Notes: generated from the letters alone by a model not told the origin. A stretch of DNA of 63,447 nucleotides, filler included, from Choristocarpus tenellus KU-1152 (GCA_964200185.2; 11 parts of 11 records of this genome joined end to end with filler, not necessarily neighbours in it), one strand, 5' to 3'; shown: positions 40,325 through 52,729, numbered from the whole stretch's first letter. Translations and numbers: made by a program.

Positions 40325-43290
40325 CCATTCCCTCTTTCACCTCTACACCAGGCGTGAGTTTGCAATGGTATCGGACACTGTCAATCTGGCCATGCGGCTA
40401 ATGAGCGCTCGCAAGAAGGGGAAACTCCAGCCCAAGGACCTGGTGGTGGCAGCGGCCTCTGCCACGAGGAGGAGGATGAGAACAGCAAGCGAAACGAGTA
40501 GTCAAGGTCAGAGAGGTTGGAGAGGTTGGAGAGGTTGGAGAGGTCAGATAGGTCAGATAGGTTGGAGAGGTTGGAGAGGTTGGAGAGGTCAGAGAGGTTG
40601 GAGAGGTCAGAGAGGTTGGAGAGGTCAGAGAGGTTGGAGAGGTTGGAGAGGTTGGAGAGGTCAGATAGGTTGGAGAGGTCAGAGAGGTTGCAGAGGAACA
40701 CAAGCGATTCTGTCTTGAGAAAGCTATCGACGGTGGATACAGAGGCTTGCTTGTTTTTTTATTTTTATTTTTATTAGTGGGTATATTTTTCTTCTTCTTT
40801 TGTGTCATCGAGCTGTGACATTCGATTTGGCGGTTGGTTATTCGTTTGTTTTGTTTGTGTTTAGTTTGTTCTATTTGCTCTTTCTGTGATTCTGCGTGTA
40901 TATTCTTTTGCACATATGTAACTATATATATAAATATATTCGTATATGTACACGTGGTGTGTTTTTTCTCCTTACCGAGTTTGTTTAAGTTGAACTTGAA
41001 CTTGAACTTGTAGTGAGGTTTATTTTCACAGGACAAACAGCGATGCACTACACTGGTACGTAGATGGTTGAGGATTTGATGACGAGCTGTGGCAATAGGA
41101 AATCGATAAGTGCTGAAAGTTTCAATGGGCTTAGTGATGATTTGTCACTGACATTTGAAATGGTGCAATGATTCTTGTTAGTACTGTGGTTTTATCCAGG
41201 AGCAACAGATGCTGCAAAGGCCTTGAGTAGATTGCACGATTTTTTTGTTTATTTGGGGACTTGAGTCTCCCTATTTCTAGTTGAATCTTTTGTCCTTAAC
41301 CATACAGTAGAGTACTTAATGCGATGCCCAGATCATGGCGTATTGAAGGGGGTATAAATTTGCACCATGGACCTGTACATTGGTTGAAACAGATTCCTCT
41401 GGCATCCAGGTATTTCCAGGTAATGAAGCTTTTTTGTGCTCCTGTCACGGTTACTGCAATTTGGGTGTTTTTGGAGAGGGTAACTGTGTATTTGCTACTG
41501 CAAGTGATACTATTTTTTTTTTCTAGGATCATGAATCTCTCAAGTTTTTTTTTTTTCAGAGTAGAACGAACCTGCCCCTTTGTAGTGTGATCTATCAATA
41601 GGAAAATTGCTGATTTTGGGGAGAAGACAGGTAGGAAGTTACTGTGGGGGTTAATTTTAGTGATGTTTGTGTTTGGGGGAAGGCACTAGGATGCACTTGG
41701 CTATGCTCACATCCCTGATGGTGACATAAATTATGTTGTAAAGCAACCCTTGCCAGGGCTTGCCTTGCCACAATCTTCACACCTCTCATTACTCCCCTCC
41801 CCATTCATGAATTTTTGGCAAGGTAGCTACAATCCTCTTCCCCCCCTCCTCATTTCTCACCCTTTCTGGTGCTTTGAGTAATGCAGGGAGCACACAGGAC
41901 AGCATGCTGGATCTATTCCCAACAACAGCCTTGGGGTCAGCCAGGGCTGGGAGGTCGTTGGCAGGGGTACAAGAAGGGACCACGGAGGTTGAGCATGATA
42001 GAGTGATAGGAGTTGTGGGTTGCACTGGAGGTGGGTTTTCCACACCAGTGCATCGCCGCAGTCACTGTAGAAGGGGTGAGGCTCGCATTCAGCACCAGGG
42101 TGCCTATGCTTCAATGCTGGCAAGTGTGAGATTGGGTGCGTTTGGTAGGGGGGAGAGGTCAAAAGAGAGTGTCAGTTACAGCCCCAGAAAGGTCACCACA
42201 CCACTTTCTGCCACAGCTCCTCAAAAGGTGCTATCTTCAAGTCGCGGATTGGGGGCTGAGGATTTTAGCAGAGGAAATTCTCTTGACACTGATTACATTG
42301 ATCCATGGGAACCATGGTGGGAAGACTTCAGCTGTAAGGTGGTGTTGGATACAGAAACTCATGCCGAGGCCCGTCTGTGTTCACAACTTGTTTTCTTGGA
42401 GCTGAAGGAAATTAAGGTTTGTTTCAATCGACGTTGGTAACCCATATGTCCCAATGCTCCTTCCCCCTGCATGGGATTGGGCATCAAAAGTTGCAACAAA
42501 TGGCCCACTTGACCCCTGACTACTTTTTTTCTTGTGTCACTGGCTCCACACCTAAACCTCTTGTTTGCTCCAATTCTGTTGAGTCCCTCAAAGGCCAACC
42601 TCAACGAGGGTTAGATGTAATGTTTTGCTATTGGTGGAGATTGTGGTGTTTTTAACAAATTATTTAAAAATATTAAAAATTTGATTTCTACGAAAAAAAC
42701 CCCAAAATATCGTTTATACGTAAAAAAATGTTTTTAACAAATTATTTAAAAATATTTATGCCAATTTCTAGTAACTTTAAGTTCTTCATTTTTTGGTGCT
42801 GGACTCGCTACTGTTGGTATTGTCCTCAGCATGAGGGACCTCCAATCCATAGCAACTTCAGTGACTGCTTCCACTGAAGTAAATGTTTTCAATCACCACT
42901 CCATCTGCAGCATGACATTTTTTGCCGCCTCCTCAACCAGTAAACCCCATCATATGTTTCACTAGGTGAAGGGTAAGAAGGAGGCAGTACAGTTGTATGC
43001 CCCAGGTCTATCTGAGGACCTTGAAACAGGATCAGTAGGAGCAACGGAGGAGTTACCCAACCACAACGTAAGAGGAGGAGAACATGGGCCATTGGGGTGG
43101 CAAGAAAAGACAGTTGTCACAGAGGCAGAGTCAGCAGCAATAGTGACAGAGGCGTCTTTCTTGGATAAGTCAGCTCGTTACAGGATGGTCATGCCAGTTG
43201 CCCTGGAGGACTGGAGTTTGAAGGCAAAAAGTGTCCCAGTGAACCATGGGATGGAGATAAGGACTGGAAGTGAGCTAGACAACTTACCAG
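32431..43290 (+). CDS. Soluble adenylyl cyclase (ADCY10)-like protein with tandem class III nucleotidyl cyclase domains; probably continues beyond the contig
   Basis: Phase-consistent exons: 32431-32637, 32762-32884, 33081-33245, 33617-33706, 33900-34022, 35100-35174, 35931-36096, about 36427-36667, 37982-38108, 38621-39013, 39392-39564, 40352-40506, 41887-42416, 42966-about 43290. Motifs: MVDVSGF, GAEGV, GGDVLRIAGDAL, VHVGIGCG, GEVVVSGEVW, AELQRVAVMFV, VDDKG, GVATGPVFCGSLG, REFAMVSDTVNLAMRLM, VKGK. Confidence 0.9.
36677..36750. repeat. (GATA)n/(GA)n microsatellite, intronic
   Basis: Directly visible. Confidence 0.95.
37450..37495. repeat. Degenerate interstitial (CCCTAA)n telomere-like tract
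   Basis: aaccctaacgctaacctaaccctaacctagccctaaccctaacc. Confidence 0.75.
39965..40068. repeat. (GTGTGTCTGTTT)n and (GTAT)n simple repeats
   Basis: Directly visible; abuts a MITE end. Confidence 0.95.
40069..40274. mobile_element. MITE, long family, right end missing
   Basis: Starts GAGTGAAAGTATCTTA; colinear with 27499-27707. Confidence 0.85.
40506..40695 (+). repeat. 9-bp minisatellite (GGTCAGAGA / GGTTGGAGA / GGTCAGATA), about 21 units
   Basis: Directly visible; begins at a predicted splice donor of the cyclase gene. Confidence 0.95.
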
Positions 43291-43964
43291 GTTGGTAGGT
43301 GGGGGGGTGGGGGGATGGAGTTAGTTTGTACCCTGTGAATGCTAACTCTACCCCTTAAAGTGNNNNNNNNNNNNNNNNNNNNNNNNNNNNNNNNNNNNNN
43401 NNNNNNTTAATTAATTAANNNNNNNNNNNNNNNNNNNNNNNNNNNNNNNNNNNNNNNNNNNNGGTATACCTTCTACAAGATATTCAAGATAGGTAACCTT
43501 CAGGGTATACCTTCTGTGGAATGTGGCTCTCACAATGAGCAGAAAAATATTAATGATAGAAATAATGAATGTTCATAATAATAATAATAATATATAGTAG
43601 TAGTTGTCCCTACCATCTATATCTGGAATTGAATTGGGGAGGTACTACAGTGAGAACCAGATTTTGGTTTAAAGTTTTACAGTGTCGACAAGGTTCGAAC
43701 CATGGTTATTTCTCAAGCGAGATGATTTTGTCTACATTTTCCATCAATATAATTCTACCACAAACGAAAATCTCGGTTATTGCATATTTTTCTGTATCTA
43801 TTGTAACTTAGAAAGTTGAGGACAGTGTCCAAACAAAATTTGATAGGGAAAATTGGTATGACCACCCCAAACTGATCTTGTGCTGGCCGTAATCAATTAG
43901 AAGGTGGGATTATTCACAAGTGCAGAGGTTTACCTACTTGTCGGGGGTGTTGCTGGTCCTCAAG

Positions 43965-44628
43965 GTTAGAAGGGGAGAAGAATGAAACGAAGACTATCAC
44001 GGCAAGGCAGCGAGAGACACCCCACGATCCCCTGCTCAAGGGAAAACCTCATCAACCCTCCGGATGTGTCCAGGCGAATGGGTTGTGGATTTGGGTTGCT
44101 CAATGTACTAGCACCAGGTGTGTGACTGGAGGTAACGTAGCGTGACTATGTGATATCCATTCTTCTAAATGTGGGGAACTAACTACCTGGTAAGGAAGCA
44201 TTGACATGCCTTCACGATCAACAATCGTTTCCTTTGTTTCAATATGGCACGTTCGCTGTTTATATCCATTGGCCTGCACAGTGAAAGAAGACTTCCAAAA
44301 CTAAAGTGAACGTGCAAGTCAGGTGTGCCTAAATTCGACGCTTCAGTCCCGGTTGCCTGTCTCACGGCCACGCAACAACTGTGTGGCATGTATACTTCCT
44401 CTAAATGATTTGCTCAATTCAGGTGTCGGGACAATGGCGATTGGATTTCACGTTTGGAAGTTAGAAGTCTTTGTCATTGGAGCTCTCCAGTTGATGCTGA
44501 CCCCGATCTTGTTGCTGGGTTGGATTTGGTCCGTTCTGTGGGGGTGGGAATTGTACTGCCGGTCTGTACGTGTTGATTTCGGAAGGGACGTTTTGGAAGA
44601 CCATTCATCGACCATGGCAGTTGTGTAA
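43965..44628 (+). CDS. SPEC3/Stum (ectodermal ciliogenesis protein)-like small membrane protein; 5' end uncertain
   Basis: Exons about 43965-44117 and 44423-44628 splice to PPDVSRRMGCGFGLLNVLAPGVGTMAIG...GALQLMLTPILLLGWIWSVLWGWEL, matching the LNxxxPGxGT...GWIWSxxWG family pattern. Confidence 0.78.
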
Positions 44629-46229
44629 GCGCCACGCACAGTTGGTGGCATTGTTATGATTGCAGGTGTTTCATGCTCAACAGGCACTGATGCCATATCG
44701 GACGGGGGACGTCTAAAGGCGGGGAAAGAATATCATTCCATTACCTGGGGTGGCGCTTCGAACGGACTCGGTCCAGTCACGGAGGATATCACCAGGTTAT
44801 GTATGGTCCATTGCTCGGTTGGCAAGGCCTGCCGCGGGCTGACCGCAAAACACTTTTTTGTCTGTTCAGGCCCTATTGGTCGGTCAATTTCTTCCTGTGT
44901 GGAAGAGGTCTGCAATTAGAGAAATGGGGCAGTGCAGGTGTGAATGACTTTATAAATAGGTTGAAGAGCATATCTTAACCAGCATATTTTTTAATGCATC
45001 ATGGTAGGTAGGAGCTCAAGCAATTTATGAGCATGGGTGATGTAGATACACTGAACATAGATAGTATCATTTCATTGCTTTATATAGTCATCACAACTTG
45101 ATTTATTTGGATTACAATCAGTTCAGGTAGGTACAAGGTTACTACAGTTGTTCGCAATGAGTTTTGATGTAAACATTTGGAAAGTTTGTTAGGTCTTCAC
45201 TTTAGTCTAGGTACTATCCCAACCTGTTGTCAGAGGCACTACATCCACTGAGTAAATGCAAACGATCTTGATTATTTATGATGTAACCATGTGGGCAGTT
45301 TTGGTGGGTCTTCACTTTAGTCTGGGGACTATCCCAACCTGTATTCACAGGCACTACATGTGCTGGGTGCATGCAAGGCAATGGCCTTGGTTACCCTGTC
45401 TGCTGCCACAGACTGCATTTTGGATCATTGATTTGTGGTGATAACAAATAGTATCAAAAGTGTAGTAAATCACGAGTTGGATCGGTCCAAGTGGACGAGT
45501 CTACAGTAGCTTGATATCTTCAATTGAATGAAAACTGATCTACGAACCACAGCAGGGAAGGTTCTTGGCCACCAAGGAAATCATTTTCTTTCAACCAGTG
45601 TCAAAATGAGTAGGACATGTTTTAAAATGCCTGTGTATAAGAGAATCCGTACTTGCAAAAGTGATTGAATAGGTGTCCTTGGGACAGTTTTGACGACATG
45701 CTACAATGATACCAGCGTATCTCTGTTGAGTAGCAGTTAACCTACTTTCGCGTGAGCTCTCTTATCCATATAGTACAACAGTACAGTAGTCAGGTTTCAG
45801 AGTCCCTATGTGTGCTTTAAGAGAGAAGATGGTTAAGAGGTACATGTAGTGACAGGCATGATCAGACAGTTACAGAATTGATTTTAATGACATCTATCTA
45901 GATATCTCTTTCGTATCAGAATTTACGAGTGAAAACATCTTAGGGCTCAAAGTATCTGGGGGGGGGGGGGGGGGGGGCGGCTGTCCATTTGGGGTCAATT
46001 TTTTTTTGTCGCGATTTTTGGGTGTTTTGGTTTGTTACGTCGGNNNNNNNNNNNNNNNNNNNNNNNNNNNNNNNNNNNNNNNNNNNNTTAATTAATTAAN
46101 NNNNNNNNNNNNNNNNNNNNNNNNNNNNNNNNNNNNNNNNNNNCCGGATACTTTTAACATCTCATGCACCATCATAGAAATCTGACCCACCAAGTCCATC
46201 ATGGTAGTGCGGGTAATTGGGGGCCTGAC

Positions 46230-46440
46230 CCCCTAGGCATCTTGACATTCATCACCAACTTCTGAAATCTAGCAATTTCCTCATCTGAATGGATAAGAAA
46301 GTACTCCTCAGTTGCTTCCAAAGTTCAGAAGATGAAGCTGTATTGCGGATAATGAACCGGTAGAAACCATTGGTGCTCCTCGACAGGATGTCATGTGCCT
46401 TCTTGACCTTGACGACCTCATCTTTACTCCCTCCTTCTCT
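46230..46440 (-). mobile_element. Decayed Ty1/copia-type gag fragment
   Basis: KAHDILSRSTNGFYRFIIRNTASSSELWKQLRSTF, then a frameshift into DEEIARFQKLVMNVKM; resembles the UBN2-type gag pattern. Confidence 0.5.
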
Positions 46441-46854
46441 GTAATGAAGTTTATGTCACCCACTCGATAAAGGCCTTCCCTATTCTCTAGCTCTTGATTG
46501 ATATCGCCTTTCGTGACCAAGAAAGCATGCGTTGTGGTCAACCAGTCAGCACAATTGCCATCTCACAATTCAAGGAGTTGGTGTGAAAACCGTCTGAGGC
46601 TATGAATGTAGTTCCATACCCAAGCCACTCCAGCCCTAGCTGTGCCTCTTCTAACTAGAGTATATTTGATGGGCACTTAAACATGTTGAATATCTTCGCA
46701 TAAGAAAGGCTCGTCGCAACAAGCTGCTGGTCGGTCATACGGTGAAAATACACAAATTATTAATTATCCAATAGGCTCCTACCTTAGCCATTGCCTGGCG
46801 TATAAACAAAGTCTGACTCATCATACTGCGATGAATGTTACTACCATGTATATA

Positions 46855-47312
46855 TTACTATGCCCTCTGACATTTTGCATATGTGTCAGGGGAAATGCCG
46901 ATTCAACATCTTAAGAACCCCTTGTAAAAGTAACATTTGTCGTAAATGTGAAAGGTATCTTTCTATAATCTATTTTCTATTTAACTACCCGCTATGCTAA
47001 ACCACTCCCCTCCTATGCCTCCAACCTAGCTTAGCCCTAAACCACAGGGCGACGAGCTAGGGAAGCATCCCAAGAATCTGACAAGCCCCTCCTTGCCCAT
47101 CTCTCTAGTGCCTCCAGCTTTAAACGCATGACACGTCTATATAGGGTCACTTGTGTTATGACAGGCACTGTTTGTGGTAAACAGGATTTGACAGCTCATT
47201 TCCTGCTGTAGCTTCCCACCCCCCTCCCCTCTACCGTGTGCGTAGCCAACTCATCCAGCTGACAGAGGTGCACAAAAATTTCCACCGCGAAGGGTTTGAG
47301 GTTAAAACTACA
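46855..47312. repeat. Dispersed repeat family R, internally deleted copy
   Basis: Colinear with 49590-50020 (cctccaacctagcttagcccta...acgcatgacac...aactcatccag). Confidence 0.8.
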
Positions 47313-49389
47313 AAGTCGTATTGTATCGAACATTACATAAAACGTACATGAACCTGTCACATTGTGATAATGTTACAGGCGAATAGCGCGAGCGTTTCTT
47401 CTTGTGTTTCAACGAAGTGCGAGCATTTGTTACACGCGAATAGGGCGAGCATTTTCTCCTCATGTTTTAGGAAATACGAACATTTGTAACAGATGTATAG
47501 TGTGAGGATTATTTCTCGAGTTCCTATATACGATATTAGTAACACGTAGGTAGCCTTACAGAATAAATGATTATTTTGAGAAGATGCAGAGTAAGATTCG
47601 GAATACCTAACATTACCGAGGAAAATGTCAAAGTCACTAAGAAGTTCAAGAATAAAGACTTACGATTGGAGTACCTATAGAGTAGTTGATAGAAGACCAA
47701 CGAAATTGGGTGGATGATGAAAATAATAAGAGAGCTGTTAGTGCAACACCTTTACCTCGCTTATGTCCCAGTCCTTTTTTTATCTTTGAACGAAACATTG
47801 AGTCAAGCTTTGAGCTAAGCACTGAGTGGAGTATCAAGAGAAAGGGCTATCTGACACCCTACAAACCGTTGTAAAAGGCAACGCCTCCATAGCGTCGTTT
47901 TAAGGTCGTTGGATTTGAGTTGTACATCCTGTGGAGGTGAGTTCTGATGGGCGCCTGTAACATTAAATGGTTTTATCAACGTACACAACGTAACTATGAC
48001 ATAAGTTATTGAGACAGACAATGTGTACCGTTCTTAATTTGTTATTGATTGGAGTGGAAGCAGAGCTTTGGCGCAAAGTATCAAAGACGGAGATTTGCAA
48101 TATAGGTAAGGATTAAAAGAAATCGGTGAAAATGAAGTTCTTTTTGCAGAACAAGAATATGTTTAATTTGTAACAATCCATAATGTTTCAGATTGTTGCA
48201 AAATGCCTTATTTTCAATTAATTAATCTACGAGCCAATGGGGAGCGATCATATCCGTACGTGTTGATGTCATCCATTCGAGTTTTTGTACAACTTGTAGA
48301 AACTTCTAGAAAGTTATTTCCTGGCAAACTGTGGATGAGGACGGACTCACATCTTTCAACTAAAATATGTTGAGGGATTTTCTTCGTGTAAGTGGTACAT
48401 TGTGCTTAGAGTGATGCGTGTGGATCTGTGATGCGAGTTGAAGTGGGAACGTTAGGACAGGGGATAAAGAGGTAAGGGTAGGGTGTTTGGTATCATTGAT
48501 TGGATGCGAGGTTTTATGGAGGGAGAAGGAAGTATAGTTTAGTCATTATGTGCTGAACAAGTAGTGGAACGGTAGTCAACGAGAGATGGGGTGCACAGTT
48601 ATGATTGGAACTGTTTTTCTTGTTGTAGTGCATGTGTGTACTAGGCGGTAGGGTTATTTGCAAGAAGTAATATAAAACGCCTACTATTGTGTGAGGATAG
48701 TGGTGTGAGGCCGTGTACACATTGTGTTGAGATAGTCGTAGATATGTATGTCAAATATCGTACACCTCAAGACACACTGATATATATATATGATGGTCAA
48801 TTGTGGTGGGATATGAAATTTAATTTTCAAATTAAATTTTACGTCACATATCTACGAAAAAAGTTGAAGGTTTCGATTGAGTGGGGAGGATATGACACGA
48901 CAAAGGTGACCGAGGTGGGAAAAGGGAAGAGGTCCAAGTCCGAAGGTTTGTAAAATAGTAGAGTGCGTACAAAAGCGTTAAATTAAGGTAACACTCAATA
49001 TTTGTCGGGATAGAGGTTTGTCTATGATTTGGAATCATATTACAGAAAAAAACAGAGGATAAACGCCTTCACCAACAATTTATTGGAAAGCAACAACTGT
49101 GGCGCGTTATTGAGGTTGTAGGGGATGAACTCGGTAATGGGGAGGATAAATAATAGGACATCTAGGAATAAGTGAGGGTCAAAGTATCTGGGGGGNNNNN
49201 NNNNNNNNNNNNNNNNNNNNNNNNNNNNNNNNNNNNNNNTTAATTAATTAANNNNNNNNNNNNNNNNNNNNNNNNNNNNNNNNNNNNNNNNNNNNCCTCA
49301 CTCGGTACCACGGTATAACGGTATATGTCATACGGCAATAACAGTATAATAACAGATAAACATGCTTTCCACAATAGTACTTGTTTTAT

Positions 49390-50055
49390 TATGCCCTCTG
49401 ACATATTGAAGATGTGAGAGAGAAAAGGTCAGTTCAACATCACAATTATTATATTATTATACCCTCTAACATTTTTCAGGTGTGTCAAGACAAAACTCAA
49501 TTCAATATTATGTTATTATAGGTTTTGACATTATCCACATGTATGTGTGAGAGGAAAAAACAATTAAAAGTCACTTCTATAATAAATAAAAAAACTGTAA
49601 AAGTAACAGTTGTGTGGTAAATGTGAAAGATATCTCTCTAAAATCTATTTTACTGTTTGACTACCAGGTATGCCACACCAATCCCCTACTGTGCCTCCAA
49701 CCTAGCTTAGCCCTACACCACAGGGCGAGGACCTAAGAATGCATTCCAAGAGTCTGACAGGTCCCTCCCTACTTGCCCATCTCCCTGGTGTCTCTAGCTT
49801 AAAACGCATGACACTTCTTGATAGAGTCGCTTGTGTTGTGACGGACACTATCTGTGTCTTAAACGGGATTTGATAGCTCCTTTCCTGTTGTAACCTCCCA
49901 TTCCTCTCCCCCCTACCACGAGCTTAGCAAACTCATCCAGAAACCTTTCTGCTTGCTTACTGAGGCGCCCAAAACTTTCCACCTTGATGATGAAGGTGTT
50001 GAGAGGTTGAAATTACGGGGTTCAAAAGAACCCTCGTAGTGGGTGCGTTTTCGCG
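49390..50055. repeat. Dispersed repeat family R, internally deleted copy with about 3 degenerate tandem hairpin sub-units at the left
   Basis: ccctctgacat...gtg motif near 49393, 49461 and 49525, followed by a body matching 46920-47312. Confidence 0.8.
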
Positions 50056-50665
50056 CCTCGCTGCTGTTCATTATCGTGTAAGGACCCCTGTAAAAGTATC
50101 AGTTTCCATTGTTATAAATATTTCTTAATACTATTATGTAGTCTGACATTTTGCAACTGTGACAAAGAAAAAACCAAACCACTACCACAACGAACACTCT
50201 AAAAGTAACAGTTGTCGTAAAATGAGAAATCTATCTCTCCAAAATTTACTTCCAAGTATTGTTATTGCTATGAAGGAGAGAATGACTACTTTCAACCACG
50301 GTTCCAGAGGGAATATTTTCTTCGTACCAATTTTGACTCTCTTGGACCCCGTGGAAAGTGCATTGGTACACCTGTACCTCAATATGCTAGCTAAAACAAA
50401 AAGGAATATCCAACATACAATCTTCCACTAAATCACAAAGGAAAGGGATGGGTGGAAAAACGTGGATAATAGTGATTGTATTGATACAAAGGCCTTCTTC
50501 TGGATGTTACTTTTTCCCCAGTCTAGGCAGCTTACCACCCGTCCAACTCATCCACTAACGATGGCGTCGCTGCTTGCATTAGTTGAGGCAAAAGATTGCA
50601 CTCGAGGATCTTTTTGATCTTCATAGCATTGTTAATAATAATGTTTTATTGAACTTGCAGGCATT

Positions 50666-51700
50666 ATGCTTTTCAGACTTAAGGTTGCAGATACAGACTG
50701 GAAAAACATTATCCTAGGACGTATCCTCAGTGATAAGCTCATATCACCACTGAGGACGGTTGGCGGGTCCGGAAGGTCTTGGACTGTTTTGCAGGTAATA
50801 CGTACAGCCAGCAAAGTGTCTTATGACAGAACCATAGGTGTATCACTTGACCTTAAGATTCCGCATGTTCAAAGCTGACGAAGTACTCGACGTTCTGCTG
50901 AGGCTAAAGTGGTGGGGTATGATTCTGGAGGTGCCACTTCCAGTCCTGCCAGCGCCACCCCAGAAAGGCCCAGTGATGAACTACCCTCTCCTGGATCAGG
51001 GGGGAGACCTTTGCCCCAGGTTTCCCCTATTCCTCCCCCTCCAAAAAAGATGCTAGATGGTTGGATCCCTCCATATCTTCTCCTGCTTGCAGTGCATGGA
51101 CCCCCATCCAATGATGTGCTCCAAGACTTTGATATGAGTATGAGCGAGGGACCCCCACAAGAAGGGTCCACATCCTCATGTGACTTGAGCAAGGATGGGG
51201 GGTTGGTGGAGTCCTCTTCAATGGAGGGTGTGGAGGCAACGAGGAGCAGGCTAGTAGCAAACCCAGGATCGAGGAGCCGACAGTAATTACGTAGGGCTGC
51301 TGAGGAGGACTTGAAGTTGGAAGCAGAGTCAAGGACAAAAAGTAGGATTGAAGACCACATTATTAGTGCCCTTGTATCCACATTGGATGATGCGGCTAGA
51401 GACTTGAGGAGACAAATAGACATAATGGAAGAAAAGGCTACTGCTAGGGAAGATAGGCACAGATTTGAGGGAATGCTCAAGACTGCTAAGCAAGCTTGGA
51501 GGACTTTTGAGAAGAGTGGTGATAATGTTCAGGCAGAGTCCTGTAGGAAACGGTATGAGAAACTGGTGGCAGTGAGGCTGGACGAGAATATCGTTGATGC
51601 TGGGATGACGTTGGAAATTGGTGGGACAGTGGTGAAGGGGGGCTCAAGGGATTTGGAGCCAGATAGTGGCGAAGGGGGGGTTGACTTGCGGGCTCTGGGG
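50666..51700 (+). pseudogene. Disrupted ORF (low-complexity plus coiled coil), candidate accessory ORF of the adjacent Harbinger element
   Basis: ORFs 50666-50878, 50909-51286 and 51311 onward share one frame and are broken by stops. They converge on the transposase remnant, an arrangement compatible with two-ORF PIF/Harbinger elements. No Myb/SANT motif recognised. Confidence 0.35.
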
Positions 51701-52255
51701 ACAGGGAGCAGTAGTGGGGGGATATACTTGGAAATCAGTTGTGACAACACAGCTGTCAGTGTAGTGCTCAGGGGTGTCTTTTACAGCGGTGCCATGCACG
51801 TTGGTGTGCCATCATCACACTGGACGGGATTGGCAAATCTTTGTTTGGATTTGAGGTCATTTGTTATTTTATGGAATTTATTTTTGTGTAAAGTCCTCTT
51901 ATCTTGAGCTTCTGATGCATAACCAAACAAAGCTGTCAACCCTGACCTGTATCATGACCTCGAGCAATGATAAAGTAACGATGGTGATCCCAGCGCTCTT
52001 CAGAAGGTTGGTTAGGGAGTAATATTACCCACTTGCTCAGAAGGAAGTGAGCTGCTCTTGTCCATGAGGACACAATCTTTACCTAAATATATTGACAACA
52101 ACCAGTGGCGATTAATTCTTCCTTTTGACTGTTGACTCTCAATAACTCTCTACGTTGCACTGACAAATGACTCTTTGTCCGGTATTACTTCTTCCTACCT
52201 CTTCTTTTTTGTACTTTACAAACGTAAAACACCAATTGTATCGTTACCTATCACA

Positions 52256-52724
52256 CAAGGATACTGACACTTCCTAACGAACACGATAGCCAAAATTACA
52301 TCAAAATCGCAAGATTGGATCTTGACCCCCAAATGGACGGGGTCCTACCCTCTAAGATACATTAGCTCATTTTGCTACTCCAAAATGTTTCGGAGTAGGT
52401 AAAATGTGTACTTATGAAAAATTCTGTCCGGAACAAGGATATTGACACTCCCTAACAAACACGATAGCCAAAATTACATCAAAATCGCAACATTGGATCT
52501 TGACCCCCAAATGGACGGGGTCCTACCCTCTAAGATATATTAGCTCATTTTGCTACTCCAAAATGTTTCGGAGTAGGTAAAATGTGTACTTATGAAAAAT
52601 TCTGTCCGGAACAAGGATATTGACACTCCCTAACAAACAAGATAGCCAAAACTACATCAAAATCACAACATTGGATTTTGGCCCCCAAGTGGACGCGTCT
52701 CTACCCTCTAAGATACTTTGACTC
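52256..52724. repeat. Tandem array of 178-bp MITE-derived monomers (about 2.6 copies)
   Basis: caaggata occurs at 52256, 52434 and 52612. Each unit is the right two-thirds of the long MITE; the array ends in the TIR AGATACTTTGACTC. Confidence 0.93.
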
Positions 52725-52729
52725 ACTCT

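Noticed and set aside
40381-41048. Repeat-protein ORFs (LSN/LSD, SPT, ERL repeats)
   Set aside because: Alternative-frame readings of the 9-bp minisatellite; no independent gene evidence.
43965-44628. Cilia-related gene cluster (SPEC3-like, sAC-like, TCP11)
   Set aside because: The genes lie on different contigs joined by artificial linkers, so the clustering is not evidence.
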